From contig NZ_LZLE01000210.1 of NCBI RefSeq assembly GCF_001673155.1, positions 5,871 through 37,870 on the forward strand: 32,000 bases of DNA, written 5' to 3'. Shown here one piece after another: positions 1 through 7,542 of the stretch (its first letter is position 1; each line of letters starts with the position of its first letter). A program made the position numbers and the translations under genes. The notes beneath the pieces are model-generated. The model was not told the origin of the DNA and did not search any database. It worked only from the letters and a program-made list of their open reading frames with translations. The stretch is from Mycobacterium sp. 1423905.2. Lineage in GTDB: Bacteria; Actinomycetota; Actinomycetes; Mycobacteriales; Mycobacteriaceae.

Positions 1-2
1 TG

Positions 3-410
3 GTCTCCGAACTGGGAGCCCAGAACAGCACGCTGCGGGCCGCGGTCCAAGGCACTGGCTCAGCGGTGATTGTCTACGCCGGAGGCGAGGTCGACGCCTG
101 CAACGAGGACACCTGGCGCCTGCTGCTTCGCGAGGCGTCGGCGTTCGTTGACCCGCAGCACCCGTTCCTGGTCGACATCAACAGCGTCGACTTCATGTCC
201 TGTTCGGGGTGGGAAGCATTGGCAGACCAGGCGCACCGATGCCGTGAGCGCGGGATCGATCTCTGTCTGATCAGCTTGCAACCGTCGGTCGGCCGAATGG
301 TGGAAGCGTGCGGCCTGGGTGACGTTCTGACCGTGCACCCCAGCGCAGCCCAAGCCTTGGACCTCTACGAACCAGCCTGCCCCGAGGTCGAGATCGGCGA
401 AGCCTGCTAA
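3..410 (+). CDS. STAS-domain anti-sigma-factor antagonist (SpoIIAA/RsfA-like), 5' end outside window
   Basis: The frame of ORF 66..410 stays open back to base 3 with no stop. The translation ...TGSAVIVYAGGEVDACNEDTWRLLLREA...FLVDINSVDFMSCSGWEALAD...GIDLCLISLQPSVGRMVEACGL reads like a STAS fold. The first beta strand is missing if GTG 66 is used, so the true start is probably upstream of the window. Confidence 0.7.
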   Translation, partial: VSELGAQNSTLRAAVQGTGSAVIVYAGGEVDACNEDTWRLLLREASAFVDPQHPFLVDINSVDFMSCSGWEALADQAHRCRERGIDLCLISLQPSVGRMVEACGLGDVLTVHPSAAQALDLYEPACPEVEIGEAC

Positions 411-421
411 AGGATTAGGGC

Positions 422-673
422 CTAACCGCCGAGATTGCGCACCGCCGTGTCGAGATCCTCGGCCTGCTCCGCGAATTCCCGGTCGGAGAGGTCGGTGCCG
501 CCGGCCCGCTCCACCACGTCCTGGCGCGTCGCGATTTGCAACGCCCCGCGATAGTCGTCGGACTCGAGTTGATCGGGGGTGACCACCTCGGTGCGCCCTT
601 CGATGAGGATCAGCACCGCGTCCTCGTCTGAAGAGTCGAGCAATCGGCGGACGTCCTCTGCCTCGACCGTCAT
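422..673 (-). CDS. small acidic hypothetical protein (83 aa)
   Basis: Intact ORF. Its ATG (671-673) overlaps the TGA (670-672) of the upstream DUF3072 gene in an ATGA arrangement, which suggests translational coupling. I recognise no family. Confidence 0.55.
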   Translation of the reverse strand: MTVEAEDVRRLLDSSDEDAVLILIEGRTEVVTPDQLESDDYRGALQIATRQDVVERAGGTDLSDREFAEQAEDLDTAVRNLGG

Positions 674-885
674 TTCTGGCCCCTTCCGGTGCGCTGCTGC
701 AATTTGTCGATGAGCTCGGATGCCTGTGCCTTGGTGAGGTTCTCGGGAAGGTCTTCGCCGGCTTCCCGTGCCAAGGTGTTGAGGTAGCTGCGCTGCGGGC
801 CGGTCATGGGCTCGTCACCGGTGACCCACTGCGACTGGTCCTTCTCCGGGTTCTCCTGCGGGGCTCGTGCCGCGTCGTCGGCCAT
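670..885 (-). CDS. DUF3072-family small protein (71 aa from ATG 885)
   Basis: MADDAARAPQENPEKDQSQWVTGDEPMTGPQRSYLNTLAREAGEDLPENLTKAQASELIDKLQ matches my recollection of the DUF3072 pattern (WVTGDEPMTG.Q.SYL.TL..EAGE...LTKA.AS..ID.LQ). The listed start at 975 adds 30 non-conserved residues, so I prefer ATG at 883-885. Confidence 0.65.
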   Translation of the reverse strand: MADDAARAPQENPEKDQSQWVTGDEPMTGPQRSYLNTLAREAGEDLPENLTKAQASELIDKLQQRTGRGQK

Positions 886-998
886 GAAACTAGCTATGCC
901 CGCTCGCCGACGGTCATAACCAGGCACCGCGTGTCCGCTGACCGACATAGATTGGTGAGGTGGGGCGACGCACATGTGCCCCGTCGAACGGAGCTGGA

Positions 999-1394
999 AT
1001 GGACGAGAGGACCGCCGCCGAAGAGATGGACCCGGCGCGACGAGCCGCCAAGGTGGGGGAGCGGGTCAAGGAACTCAGTGAACGCCGCGCCGCGCTGGCC
1101 GCCGGCCAGCGGCCGACCAGAGAGTCGGTGGATCTGGCCCGTCACCGCGCGGAGGAATCTATGCACCGTGCTCAAGCCGCCCACCATGCCGCGGCTGTAC
1201 GCCACGAGGAGTTGGCGCGGGTCCATGAGAGAACGGCCAACACCTTCCAGTCAGCAGCGTTGCACGGCGTCGACGATCCGGCGCATCTGCAAGAAGTGGC
1301 CGACCGGCATTGGGAAGCCGCGCAGGAAAGCCACCTGAAGAGCCTGGAAGATCAGGCCAAAGCCGACGATCCTGGTAAGTCGTCGTCGGGTTAG
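999..1394 (+). CDS. hypothetical helical protein, rich in Ala/Arg/Glu/His
   Basis: ORF 960..1394 with the first ATG at 999 (MDERTAAEE...). Divergent from the DUF3072 gene. No recognisable domain; the start is ambiguous between GTG 960 and ATG 999. Confidence 0.45.
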   Translation: MDERTAAEEMDPARRAAKVGERVKELSERRAALAAGQRPTRESVDLARHRAEESMHRAQAAHHAAAVRHEELARVHERTANTFQSAALHGVDDPAHLQEVADRHWEAAQESHLKSLEDQAKADDPGKSSSG

Positions 1395-1397
1395 GGG

Positions 1398-2567
1398 TCA
1401 AGGCCGCAGCGCCACCCGGATGCAGTTGTCTTTTTTGTTCTTGAACAAGTCATAGGCCCGCACACCTTCTTCCAGCGGCAGGTCGTGGGTGATCAGCTTG
1501 GCGGGGTCCAGGTCGCCCTGCTCGACATAGTCGAACAACCGGGTCATGTAGCGCTGGCCGTGCTGCTGCGAAGTCTTGAGGGTGAGTCCCTTGTTGGTCA
1601 GCACACCCATCGGGAACTTGTCGGTGACCCCGTAGACGCCAAGCACCGAGACCACCCCGCCCTTGCGGCAGGCCAGTATCGCTTGCCGCATGGCGGTGGC
1701 CCGGTCGGTTTCCAGCCGCAGCAATTGCTTGGCCTTGTCGTACAGCTGCTGCACTCCGGTGCCGTGGCCCTCCATGCCGACCGCTTCGATGCAGGAGTCC
1801 GGTCCTCGACCTCCGGTCATCTCACGCAATGTCTCGTGCACACTGTCGACCGCGGTGTAGTCGATGGTCTCCAGGCCGAAGTGATCACGCGCCAGCGCCA
1901 AGCGCTCGGGAATCCGGTCGATGACGATGGATCGCTCGGCCCCCAGCAATAGCGCGCTGCGGGCCGCCATGAGGCCGACGCCGCCCGCGCCCCATACCGC
2001 GACCGTGTCACCTCCGGCGATATCGCAGAAGTCGGCGCCCATGAAGCCAGTCGGCACCGCGTCGGAGAGGAACAGCGCTTGTTCGTCGCTGATGTCGCCG
2101 GGGATGGCGAAGCAATTCGCGTCGCCGAACGGGACCCGGACGTATTGGGCGTGGGAGCCCGCGTAGCCGCCGAAGGGATGGGTGTAGCCGTAGATACCCC
2201 CGGACGGATACCCGAGCAGCGGCTGCTGCAGTTCGGCGTTGGGGTTCGTGGTGTCGCAACAGGCATACAATTCGTGGTCGCAATACCAGCACTGGTTGCA
2301 TGCGATGAACGACGGCACCACCACTCGGTCACCGACCTTGGTATCGCGCACTTCGGGGCCGGTCTCGGCGACCACACCCATGAACTCGTGGCCGAAAACG
2401 TCGCCTTCTCGCATGCCGGGCAGGTAGCCGTCGATGAAGTGCAGGTCCGACCCGCAGGTGGTGGTCAGCCGGACTTCGACGATCACATCGTGTGGATTGA
2501 GCAGCTTGGGGTCGTCGACCGTCTCCACCGACAAGTCGTTGACGCCGTTCCAGCACAGTGCGCGCAT
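1398..2567 (-). CDS. zinc-dependent alcohol dehydrogenase (MDR family; resembles glutathione-independent formaldehyde dehydrogenases)
   Basis: MRALCWNGVNDLSVETVDDPKLLNPHDVIVEVRLTTTCGSDLHFIDG...GHEFMGVVAETG carries the catalytic-Zn ligands (C..GHE). A structural-Zn Cys cluster (CNQCWYCDHELYACC) and the Rossmann motif VAVWGAGGVG are also present. I prefer ATG at 2565-2567, preceded by GAGAGGGAAC as a Shine-Dalgarno sequence; the listed start at 2684 adds a Cys/Pro/Arg-rich extension with no resemblance to the family. Confidence 0.9.
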   Translation of the reverse strand: MRALCWNGVNDLSVETVDDPKLLNPHDVIVEVRLTTTCGSDLHFIDGYLPGMREGDVFGHEFMGVVAETGPEVRDTKVGDRVVVPSFIACNQCWYCDHELYACCDTTNPNAELQQPLLGYPSGGIYGYTHPFGGYAGSHAQYVRVPFGDANCFAIPGDISDEQALFLSDAVPTGFMGADFCDIAGGDTVAVWGAGGVGLMAARSALLLGAERSIVIDRIPERLALARDHFGLETIDYTAVDSVHETLREMTGGRGPDSCIEAVGMEGHGTGVQQLYDKAKQLLRLETDRATAMRQAILACRKGGVVSVLGVYGVTDKFPMGVLTNKGLTLKTSQQHGQRYMTRLFDYVEQGDLDPAKLITHDLPLEEGVRAYDLFKNKKDNCIRVALRP

Positions 2568-2580
2568 TGTTCCCTCTCGC

Positions 2581-3075
2581 TTACCGCGCGGATTCCCGCG
2601 CGCTGGGGTTGGACTTGATGGTCGGGACCTCACCGGTCTGCAGCAAGGCGCGCAGGCGATACAGCAACTTGAATGCGGCCGCACCGGTCAGCATCCCCGG
2701 CGCGGGGGTCTTGACGTGCAGGGTCACCTCGGTGCCCAGGTCGCGCGGGGCGGGTCGATACTTGACCGTCAGTTCGTTGTCGTCGGAGGTCCCGACGAAC
2801 TCGACGCCGTCGGGGAAGCTGACCAGTCGCGATTCCCAGGTCACATTGGGTTCGCCCAGCGTCCGCCATCGGTAGCGGTCCTCGCCCGTGGCTTCGACTT
2901 CGGCGATGTCACCGAGAACCACCGACAAGCGAGCGGGGTCGTGCCAGGTCTCTGCCACGCGCTCGACCGGGCACGCGATGGTGACCGTCTGGGCTGCGGC
3001 CCGTTGTGGTTGCAGCTCGACAACCTTGTTGACCACGTTGAGCACTTGGCCTTTGGCGGCGTCCAGATAACTCAT
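2581..3075 (-). CDS. SRPBCC (START/cyclase-dehydrase-like) family protein
   Basis: From ATG 3073-3075 (Shine-Dalgarno GAAGGGAG upstream): MSYLDAAKGQ...VTIACPVERVAETWHDPARLSVVLGDIAEVEATGEDRYRWRT...VTWESRLVSF...VKYRPAPRDLGTEVTLHV fits the beta-sheet pattern of the SRPBCC family. It lies 13 nt upstream of the ADH on the same strand, so an operon is likely. Confidence 0.65.
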   Translation of the reverse strand: MSYLDAAKGQVLNVVNKVVELQPQRAAAQTVTIACPVERVAETWHDPARLSVVLGDIAEVEATGEDRYRWRTLGEPNVTWESRLVSFPDGVEFVGTSDDNELTVKYRPAPRDLGTEVTLHVKTPAPGMLTGAAAFKLLYRLRALLQTGEVPTIKSNPSARESAR

Positions 3076-3264
3076 TGCACGCTCCCTTCGTTGGCTGGTT
3101 GCGTTACCCACCGATGCAGCGCCCAAACGACAGGACGCGGATTGAGTAGCCGTGTGGTGTGCGGGTATTGGTGGGACGTGGAGCCGTTCGAGTCAAGCGA
3201 GAGCCCGCACTTGGAAGAGGAGGCGCCCGCGACTACGCCCGCCGTTGCGTCCGGTGGCCGGCTG

Positions 3265-3912
3265 ATGTCGCGGATATCGCCGCCACTGTTGCCGCCGGAG
3301 CCGGCGGGGCTGCACGAGCTGACCGTCGACGGCGGGCGCAAAGTTCTGCTCTATGTGCCTAGCGGGTACCGGCTCACCACGGCGGCGCCGTTGGCCGTGT
3401 TGTTACACGGCGCCGGGGGCAATGCCCGCGGGGGGATCGACCCGTTCCTCGGGTTCGCGGACGGATGCGGTGTGCTGCTGCTGGCGCCCGAGAGCACCGC
3501 TTCGACCTGGGACGTGATTGTCGGATCCTTCGGGCCCGATGTGCGGCTGGTGAACAGTGCTCTGTCCCACGTCTTCACTCATTACGCCGTTGACGTCAAT
3601 CATGTTGCAATAGGCGGGTTTTCGGATGGCGCGTCATATGCGCTGTCGCTGGGATTGACCAACGGTGACCTGTTCACCCATGTCATCGCGTTCTCGCCGG
3701 GGTTCGCTGCACCTGGAGACACCGTGGGACGGCCCGCCGTCTTTATCGCCCACGGCACCCACGACCAAGTGCTGCCCATTGACATGACCAGCCGTCGGCT
3801 GCGGCCGCGGCTAGAACGCGCCGGTTATGACGTTGCCTATCAGGAGTTTTCGGGAGGTCACCTGGTGCCGGCCGAGCGCGCCAGGTCGGCCCTGGACTGG
3901 TTCCTGCGGTAG
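3265..3912 (+). CDS. alpha/beta-hydrolase, phospholipase/carboxylesterase-type esterase
   Basis: LLYVPSGY...LAVLLHGAGGNA...LLLAPES..., nucleophile elbow GGFSDGA (GxSxG), then IAHGTHDQVLP (Asp) and SGGHLVP (His). The start is uncertain: ATG 3265 is chosen, but an in-frame TTG at 3211 and upstream GTGs are possible. The rest of ORF 2434..3912 is antisense to the SRPBCC/ADH genes. Confidence 0.8.
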   Translation: MSRISPPLLPPEPAGLHELTVDGGRKVLLYVPSGYRLTTAAPLAVLLHGAGGNARGGIDPFLGFADGCGVLLLAPESTASTWDVIVGSFGPDVRLVNSALSHVFTHYAVDVNHVAIGGFSDGASYALSLGLTNGDLFTHVIAFSPGFAAPGDTVGRPAVFIAHGTHDQVLPIDMTSRRLRPRLERAGYDVAYQEFSGGHLVPAERARSALDWFLR

Positions 3913-3914
3913 CG

Positions 3915-4382
3915 ATGGCCGAAGTCGCCATCCTGATCGGCCTGCAGGCGGCGGGCAAAACCACGTTCTACCGGCAGCGGCTCGCGGCAACCCACGTGCA
4001 TGTCAGCAAAGACAACTTCCGCCACAACCGCAACCGGCAGCGCAGGCAGATGCAGCTGATCACCGACGCTCTGGCGGCGGGCCGCGACGTGGCGGTCGAC
4101 AACACCAATCCCTCCTCGCTCGAATGGGAACCGATCGTCGACCTCGCGCACGCGTGCGGCGCGCCGGTTGTCGCATACTGGTTCCCACCAGACGTCACCG
4201 CTTCGTTGCGGCGCAATGTCAATCGCAGCGGACATGCGCGCGTATCAGAGATCGCGATCTTGTCGACGGTCAAACGTCTGCGGCCACCTCGCCCCGAGGA
4301 CGGCTTCGACCGACTCGTCGAGGTCAGCTTCGACGGCGCAGGCGGCTTCCGCCTGGCGCCCCTCGATATGCGGACGCAATGA
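3915..4382 (+). CDS. small P-loop NTPase / polynucleotide-kinase-like kinase (155 aa)
   Basis: Walker A ILIGLQAAGKTTF, a candidate catalytic Asp in HVSKDNF, Walker-B-like DVAVDNTN, and an RxxxR lid (RRNVNRSGHAR). This layout resembles T4-Pnk/Zeta-like kinase domains. The gene starts 2 nt after the esterase stop. Confidence 0.75.
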   Translation: MAEVAILIGLQAAGKTTFYRQRLAATHVHVSKDNFRHNRNRQRRQMQLITDALAAGRDVAVDNTNPSSLEWEPIVDLAHACGAPVVAYWFPPDVTASLRRNVNRSGHARVSEIAILSTVKRLRPPRPEDGFDRLVEVSFDGAGGFRLAPLDMRTQ

Positions 4383-4471
4383 ATCGCGTTCGTAGTGTTT
4401 GCCTCCGCCAATACGGGAATCCGTACTGCCAAGCCGTTGCGTCAGGCGGGGCCCGGGGGAAAGGGGAAGTC

Positions 4472-5980
4472 GTGACAGCCACGATCGGCCACCGAGGTGG
4501 CGTCACGATCATCGGAGCCGGGTTCGGCGGCATCTGCATGGCAATCAAACTGCGTCGCGCCGGAATTCCGTTCACGATCATGGAGAAGGGTGACCGGGTC
4601 GGCGGAGTGTGGCGGGACAACACCTACCCAGGCGCGGCTTGCGACGTTCCGTCGCATTTGTACTCGTACTCCTTCGAGCCGAGCCACGACTGGTCGCGCA
4701 AGTACGGCACCCAACCCGAGATCCAGAGCTACATCGACTACTGCGCGCGCAAGTACGGCATCATCGACCACGTCCGCTTCGGTCAAGAGGTAACGCGAGC
4801 CGGTTTTGACGAGACGACGGCCCAATGGACCGTCGAGACCTCCGACGGTGGCAGCGTCAACTCCGCCTTTTTGGTCGCCGCCACCGGTCAGCTCAGCCTG
4901 CCCGCAGATCCGAAATTTCCTGGAATGCAAGACTTCACCGGGCACGCCTTCCATTCGGCGCGCTGGGACCACGATTACGACTTGCGCGGCAAGCGGGTTG
5001 CGGTCGTGGGCACCGGCGCGTCGGCAATCCAGTTCGTTCCCGAGATCGCGCCGCAGGTCGACCAGCTGCACCTGCTGCAGCGGTCGGCGCCGTACGTGTT
5101 GCCAAAGCCCGACCGGCGCTACACCCCGCTAGAGAAGTATCTCTACCGGCATTTCGCCGGCTCGCTGGTGGCCAGCCGAACCCGCCAGTACGTCTACCAC
5201 GAGGCGCGGGTGATCCCGTTGACCAAGGGGATCGGCATCAAAGCGCTGGAGCGCGGATGGGAACGCTACCTGCGTTCGCAGATTTCCGACGAAGCGCTGC
5301 GGGCCAAGCTGCGTCCCGACTACCCGATTGGGTGCAAGCGGGTGCTGCTGTCCAACGATTGGTATGCAGCGCTGAGCCGGCCCAACGTCGAGGTGATCAC
5401 CGCCGGCCTGACCGAAGTGAGACCCCACAGCATCGTTGCGGCGGACGGCAGCGAATGCCAAGTCGACACCATTATCTTCGGCACCGGCTTCGCGGCGAAC
5501 GACTTCCTCGCCCCGATGACGATCGTCGGTCGGGACGGTCGCCGGCTGCACGACGTATGGCAAGACCGCGGCGGGGCCGAAGCGTTCAAAGGCATTGCGG
5601 TGAGTGGCTTTCCGAACCTGTTCATCTTGTACGGGCCGAATACGAACCTGGGCCACAACTCGATCATCTACATGCTGGAGTCCCAGGCCGACTATGTGCT
5701 CGAGGCGATCCGGCACGCCGCCACGCACGGCGCCAAATGGCTCGACGTGCGGCCCGAAGCTCACCAGGAATACAACGACGACCTGCAGCGCAGCCTGAAG
5801 AAAACGGTGTGGCAGCGCGGTTGTGACAGTTGGTATGTGACCGAGGCGGGCAAGAACACCAATAACTGGCCGAGTTTCACGTTCGACTACCGGCGCCAGA
5901 CCCGGTTCTTCGATCCGGTGCATTACCGGACCGACGCGGCCGAACCATCCCAGCTCATCACCACAGGAGGTCAACGATGA
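4472..5980 (+). CDS. flavin-dependent Baeyer-Villiger-type monooxygenase (EthA/MymA-like FMO)
   Basis: FAD motif VTIIGAGFGGICMA, GGVWRDNTYPG, BVMO fingerprint FTGHAFHSARW, and a second Rossmann motif VAVVGTGASAIQ. I prefer GTG 4472, preceded by GGGGGAAAGGGGAAG as a Shine-Dalgarno sequence. ATG 4379, in an ATGA overlap with the kinase stop, is an alternative start. The upstream part of ORF 3827..5980 overlaps other genes. Confidence 0.9.
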   Translation: MTATIGHRGGVTIIGAGFGGICMAIKLRRAGIPFTIMEKGDRVGGVWRDNTYPGAACDVPSHLYSYSFEPSHDWSRKYGTQPEIQSYIDYCARKYGIIDHVRFGQEVTRAGFDETTAQWTVETSDGGSVNSAFLVAATGQLSLPADPKFPGMQDFTGHAFHSARWDHDYDLRGKRVAVVGTGASAIQFVPEIAPQVDQLHLLQRSAPYVLPKPDRRYTPLEKYLYRHFAGSLVASRTRQYVYHEARVIPLTKGIGIKALERGWERYLRSQISDEALRAKLRPDYPIGCKRVLLSNDWYAALSRPNVEVITAGLTEVRPHSIVAADGSECQVDTIIFGTGFAANDFLAPMTIVGRDGRRLHDVWQDRGGAEAFKGIAVSGFPNLFILYGPNTNLGHNSIIYMLESQADYVLEAIRHAATHGAKWLDVRPEAHQEYNDDLQRSLKKTVWQRGCDSWYVTEAGKNTNNWPSFTFDYRRQTRFFDPVHYRTDAAEPSQLITTGGQR

Positions 5981-7533
5981 CCACCACCGTCGAAACCCTG
6001 CCCATCCTGCAGACCTTGGCCGCGCGGGTGCAAGCGGCCGGGTCAGGCAAATACCGCGAGGTCACCAATGCGATGACCGGTCAGACGTTGGGCCGGGTGC
6101 CCCACTGCAGCGCCGAGGACGTGGTCGCCGCGGCCGAGCGCGCCCGGCGAGTGCAGCAGAGCTGGGCGGCGCGCCCTGTCGCCGAACGCGCCGCTGTGCT
6201 GCTGCGTTTTCACGACCTGGTGCTCAAGCGCCAAGACGAGGTGCTCGACATCATCCAGTTGGAGAACGGCAAGGCTCGTCGGCATGCGTTCGAGGAAGTC
6301 ATCGACGTGGCACTCACCTCGCGCTACTACGCGAACACGGCCGAGGAGGCGCTCAAACCCAAACGGCGCCAAGGGGTTCAGCTGGTGCTGACCGAGGTGT
6401 GGGAATACCACCATCCCAAAGGTTTGGTCGGTGTCATCGCCCCGTGGAACTATCCGTTGACGCTGGGTATCAGCGACGCCATTCCGGCGATCGTGGCCGG
6501 CAACGCGGCGGTGATCAAGCCCGACGACCGCACCCCGTTCTCGGTGCTCTGGGCGTTGGGTCTGCTGGAGGAAGCCGGGATGCCGCCGGGATTGGTGCAG
6601 ATCGTCACCGGCCCGGGTTCGGAGCTCGGCACACCGATCATCGAACAGTCTGACTATCTGATGTTCACCGGTTCCACCAGCGTCGGACGCAACGTGGCCG
6701 CGCAGGCCGGGGAGCGGTTGATCGAATGTTCGATGGAATTGGGCGGCAAGAACGCGCTGTTGGTGCTCGACGACGCCGACCCAGGTAAGGCCGCGGTCGG
6801 CGCCACCCGCGCCTGCTTCTCCAACGCCGGACAGCTGTGCATTTCGATCGAGCGGATCTATGTGCCGAAACCGTTGTGGGACAACTTCGTTCGCAAATTC
6901 GTCGCGGCGACGGAGAAGATGAAGCTGTCGGCGGCGCTGGACTATTCGGGCGACATGGGTTCGTTGATCAACGAAACCCAGCTCAAGACGGTGATCGAAC
7001 ACGTCGACGACGCGGTGGCCAAAGGCGCCACCGTGCTCACCGGCGGCCGCCCGCGCCCGGACATCGGTCCACACTTCTACGAGCCGACCATTCTCACCGG
7101 CGTCAAGGAGGGCATGACCGCCTACGCCGACGAGACCTTCGGTCCAGTGGTGTCGCTGTACCCGGTGGACAGTGAGGACGAAGCGATCGCGAAGGCCAAC
7201 GACAGCACCTTCGGCTTGAACTTCAGCGTGTGGACCTCAGACCCGCAGCGCGGCCGCCGCGTCGCCGCGCAACTGCAGGCCGGAACGGTCAATGTCAACG
7301 AAGGCTATGCCGCAGCCTGGGCGTCGCTCGACGCGCCGATGGGCGGCATGAAGGACTCCGGGCTCGGCCGCCGCCACGGTGAACACGGGATATTGAAATA
7401 CACTGAGTCGCAAACCATTGCGATCGAACGCGTACTGCCCGTCGGCGCCCCGCCGTGGGTGCGCGCGGATCGCTACGCCCGAGTGATGACCCAGGGACTG
7501 CGCGCGCTCAAGCGGCTGCCCGGCGTCAAGTAG
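5977..7533 (+). CDS. NAD(P)+-dependent aldehyde dehydrogenase (GabD2-like succinate-semialdehyde dehydrogenase family)
   Basis: 518 aa. Contains GVIAPWNYPL, AGNAAVIKPD, FTGST, the catalytic Glu in MELGGKNA, and the catalytic Cys in FSNAGQLCISIERIYV. As far as I recall, the overall layout and length resemble M. tuberculosis GabD2. Its ATG overlaps the monooxygenase TGA (ATGA at 5977-5980). Confidence 0.9.
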   Translation: MTTTVETLPILQTLAARVQAAGSGKYREVTNAMTGQTLGRVPHCSAEDVVAAAERARRVQQSWAARPVAERAAVLLRFHDLVLKRQDEVLDIIQLENGKARRHAFEEVIDVALTSRYYANTAEEALKPKRRQGVQLVLTEVWEYHHPKGLVGVIAPWNYPLTLGISDAIPAIVAGNAAVIKPDDRTPFSVLWALGLLEEAGMPPGLVQIVTGPGSELGTPIIEQSDYLMFTGSTSVGRNVAAQAGERLIECSMELGGKNALLVLDDADPGKAAVGATRACFSNAGQLCISIERIYVPKPLWDNFVRKFVAATEKMKLSAALDYSGDMGSLINETQLKTVIEHVDDAVAKGATVLTGGRPRPDIGPHFYEPTILTGVKEGMTAYADETFGPVVSLYPVDSEDEAIAKANDSTFGLNFSVWTSDPQRGRRVAAQLQAGTVNVNEGYAAAWASLDAPMGGMKDSGLGRRHGEHGILKYTESQTIAIERVLPVGAPPWVRADRYARVMTQGLRALKRLPGVK

Positions 7534-7542
7534 GAGGAAGAC

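Noticed and set aside
2434-3264. N-terminal 277 codons of the 492-aa plus-strand ORF
   Set aside because: This part overlaps the Zn-ADH and SRPBCC genes on the opposite strand and has no homology-like features. Only the distal 215 aa look like an esterase.
3827-4471. N-terminal 215 codons of the 717-aa plus-strand ORF
   Set aside because: This Arg/Pro-rich out-of-frame reading runs across the esterase 3' end and the kinase gene. The monooxygenase Rossmann motif begins just after GTG 4472, which has a strong Shine-Dalgarno sequence.
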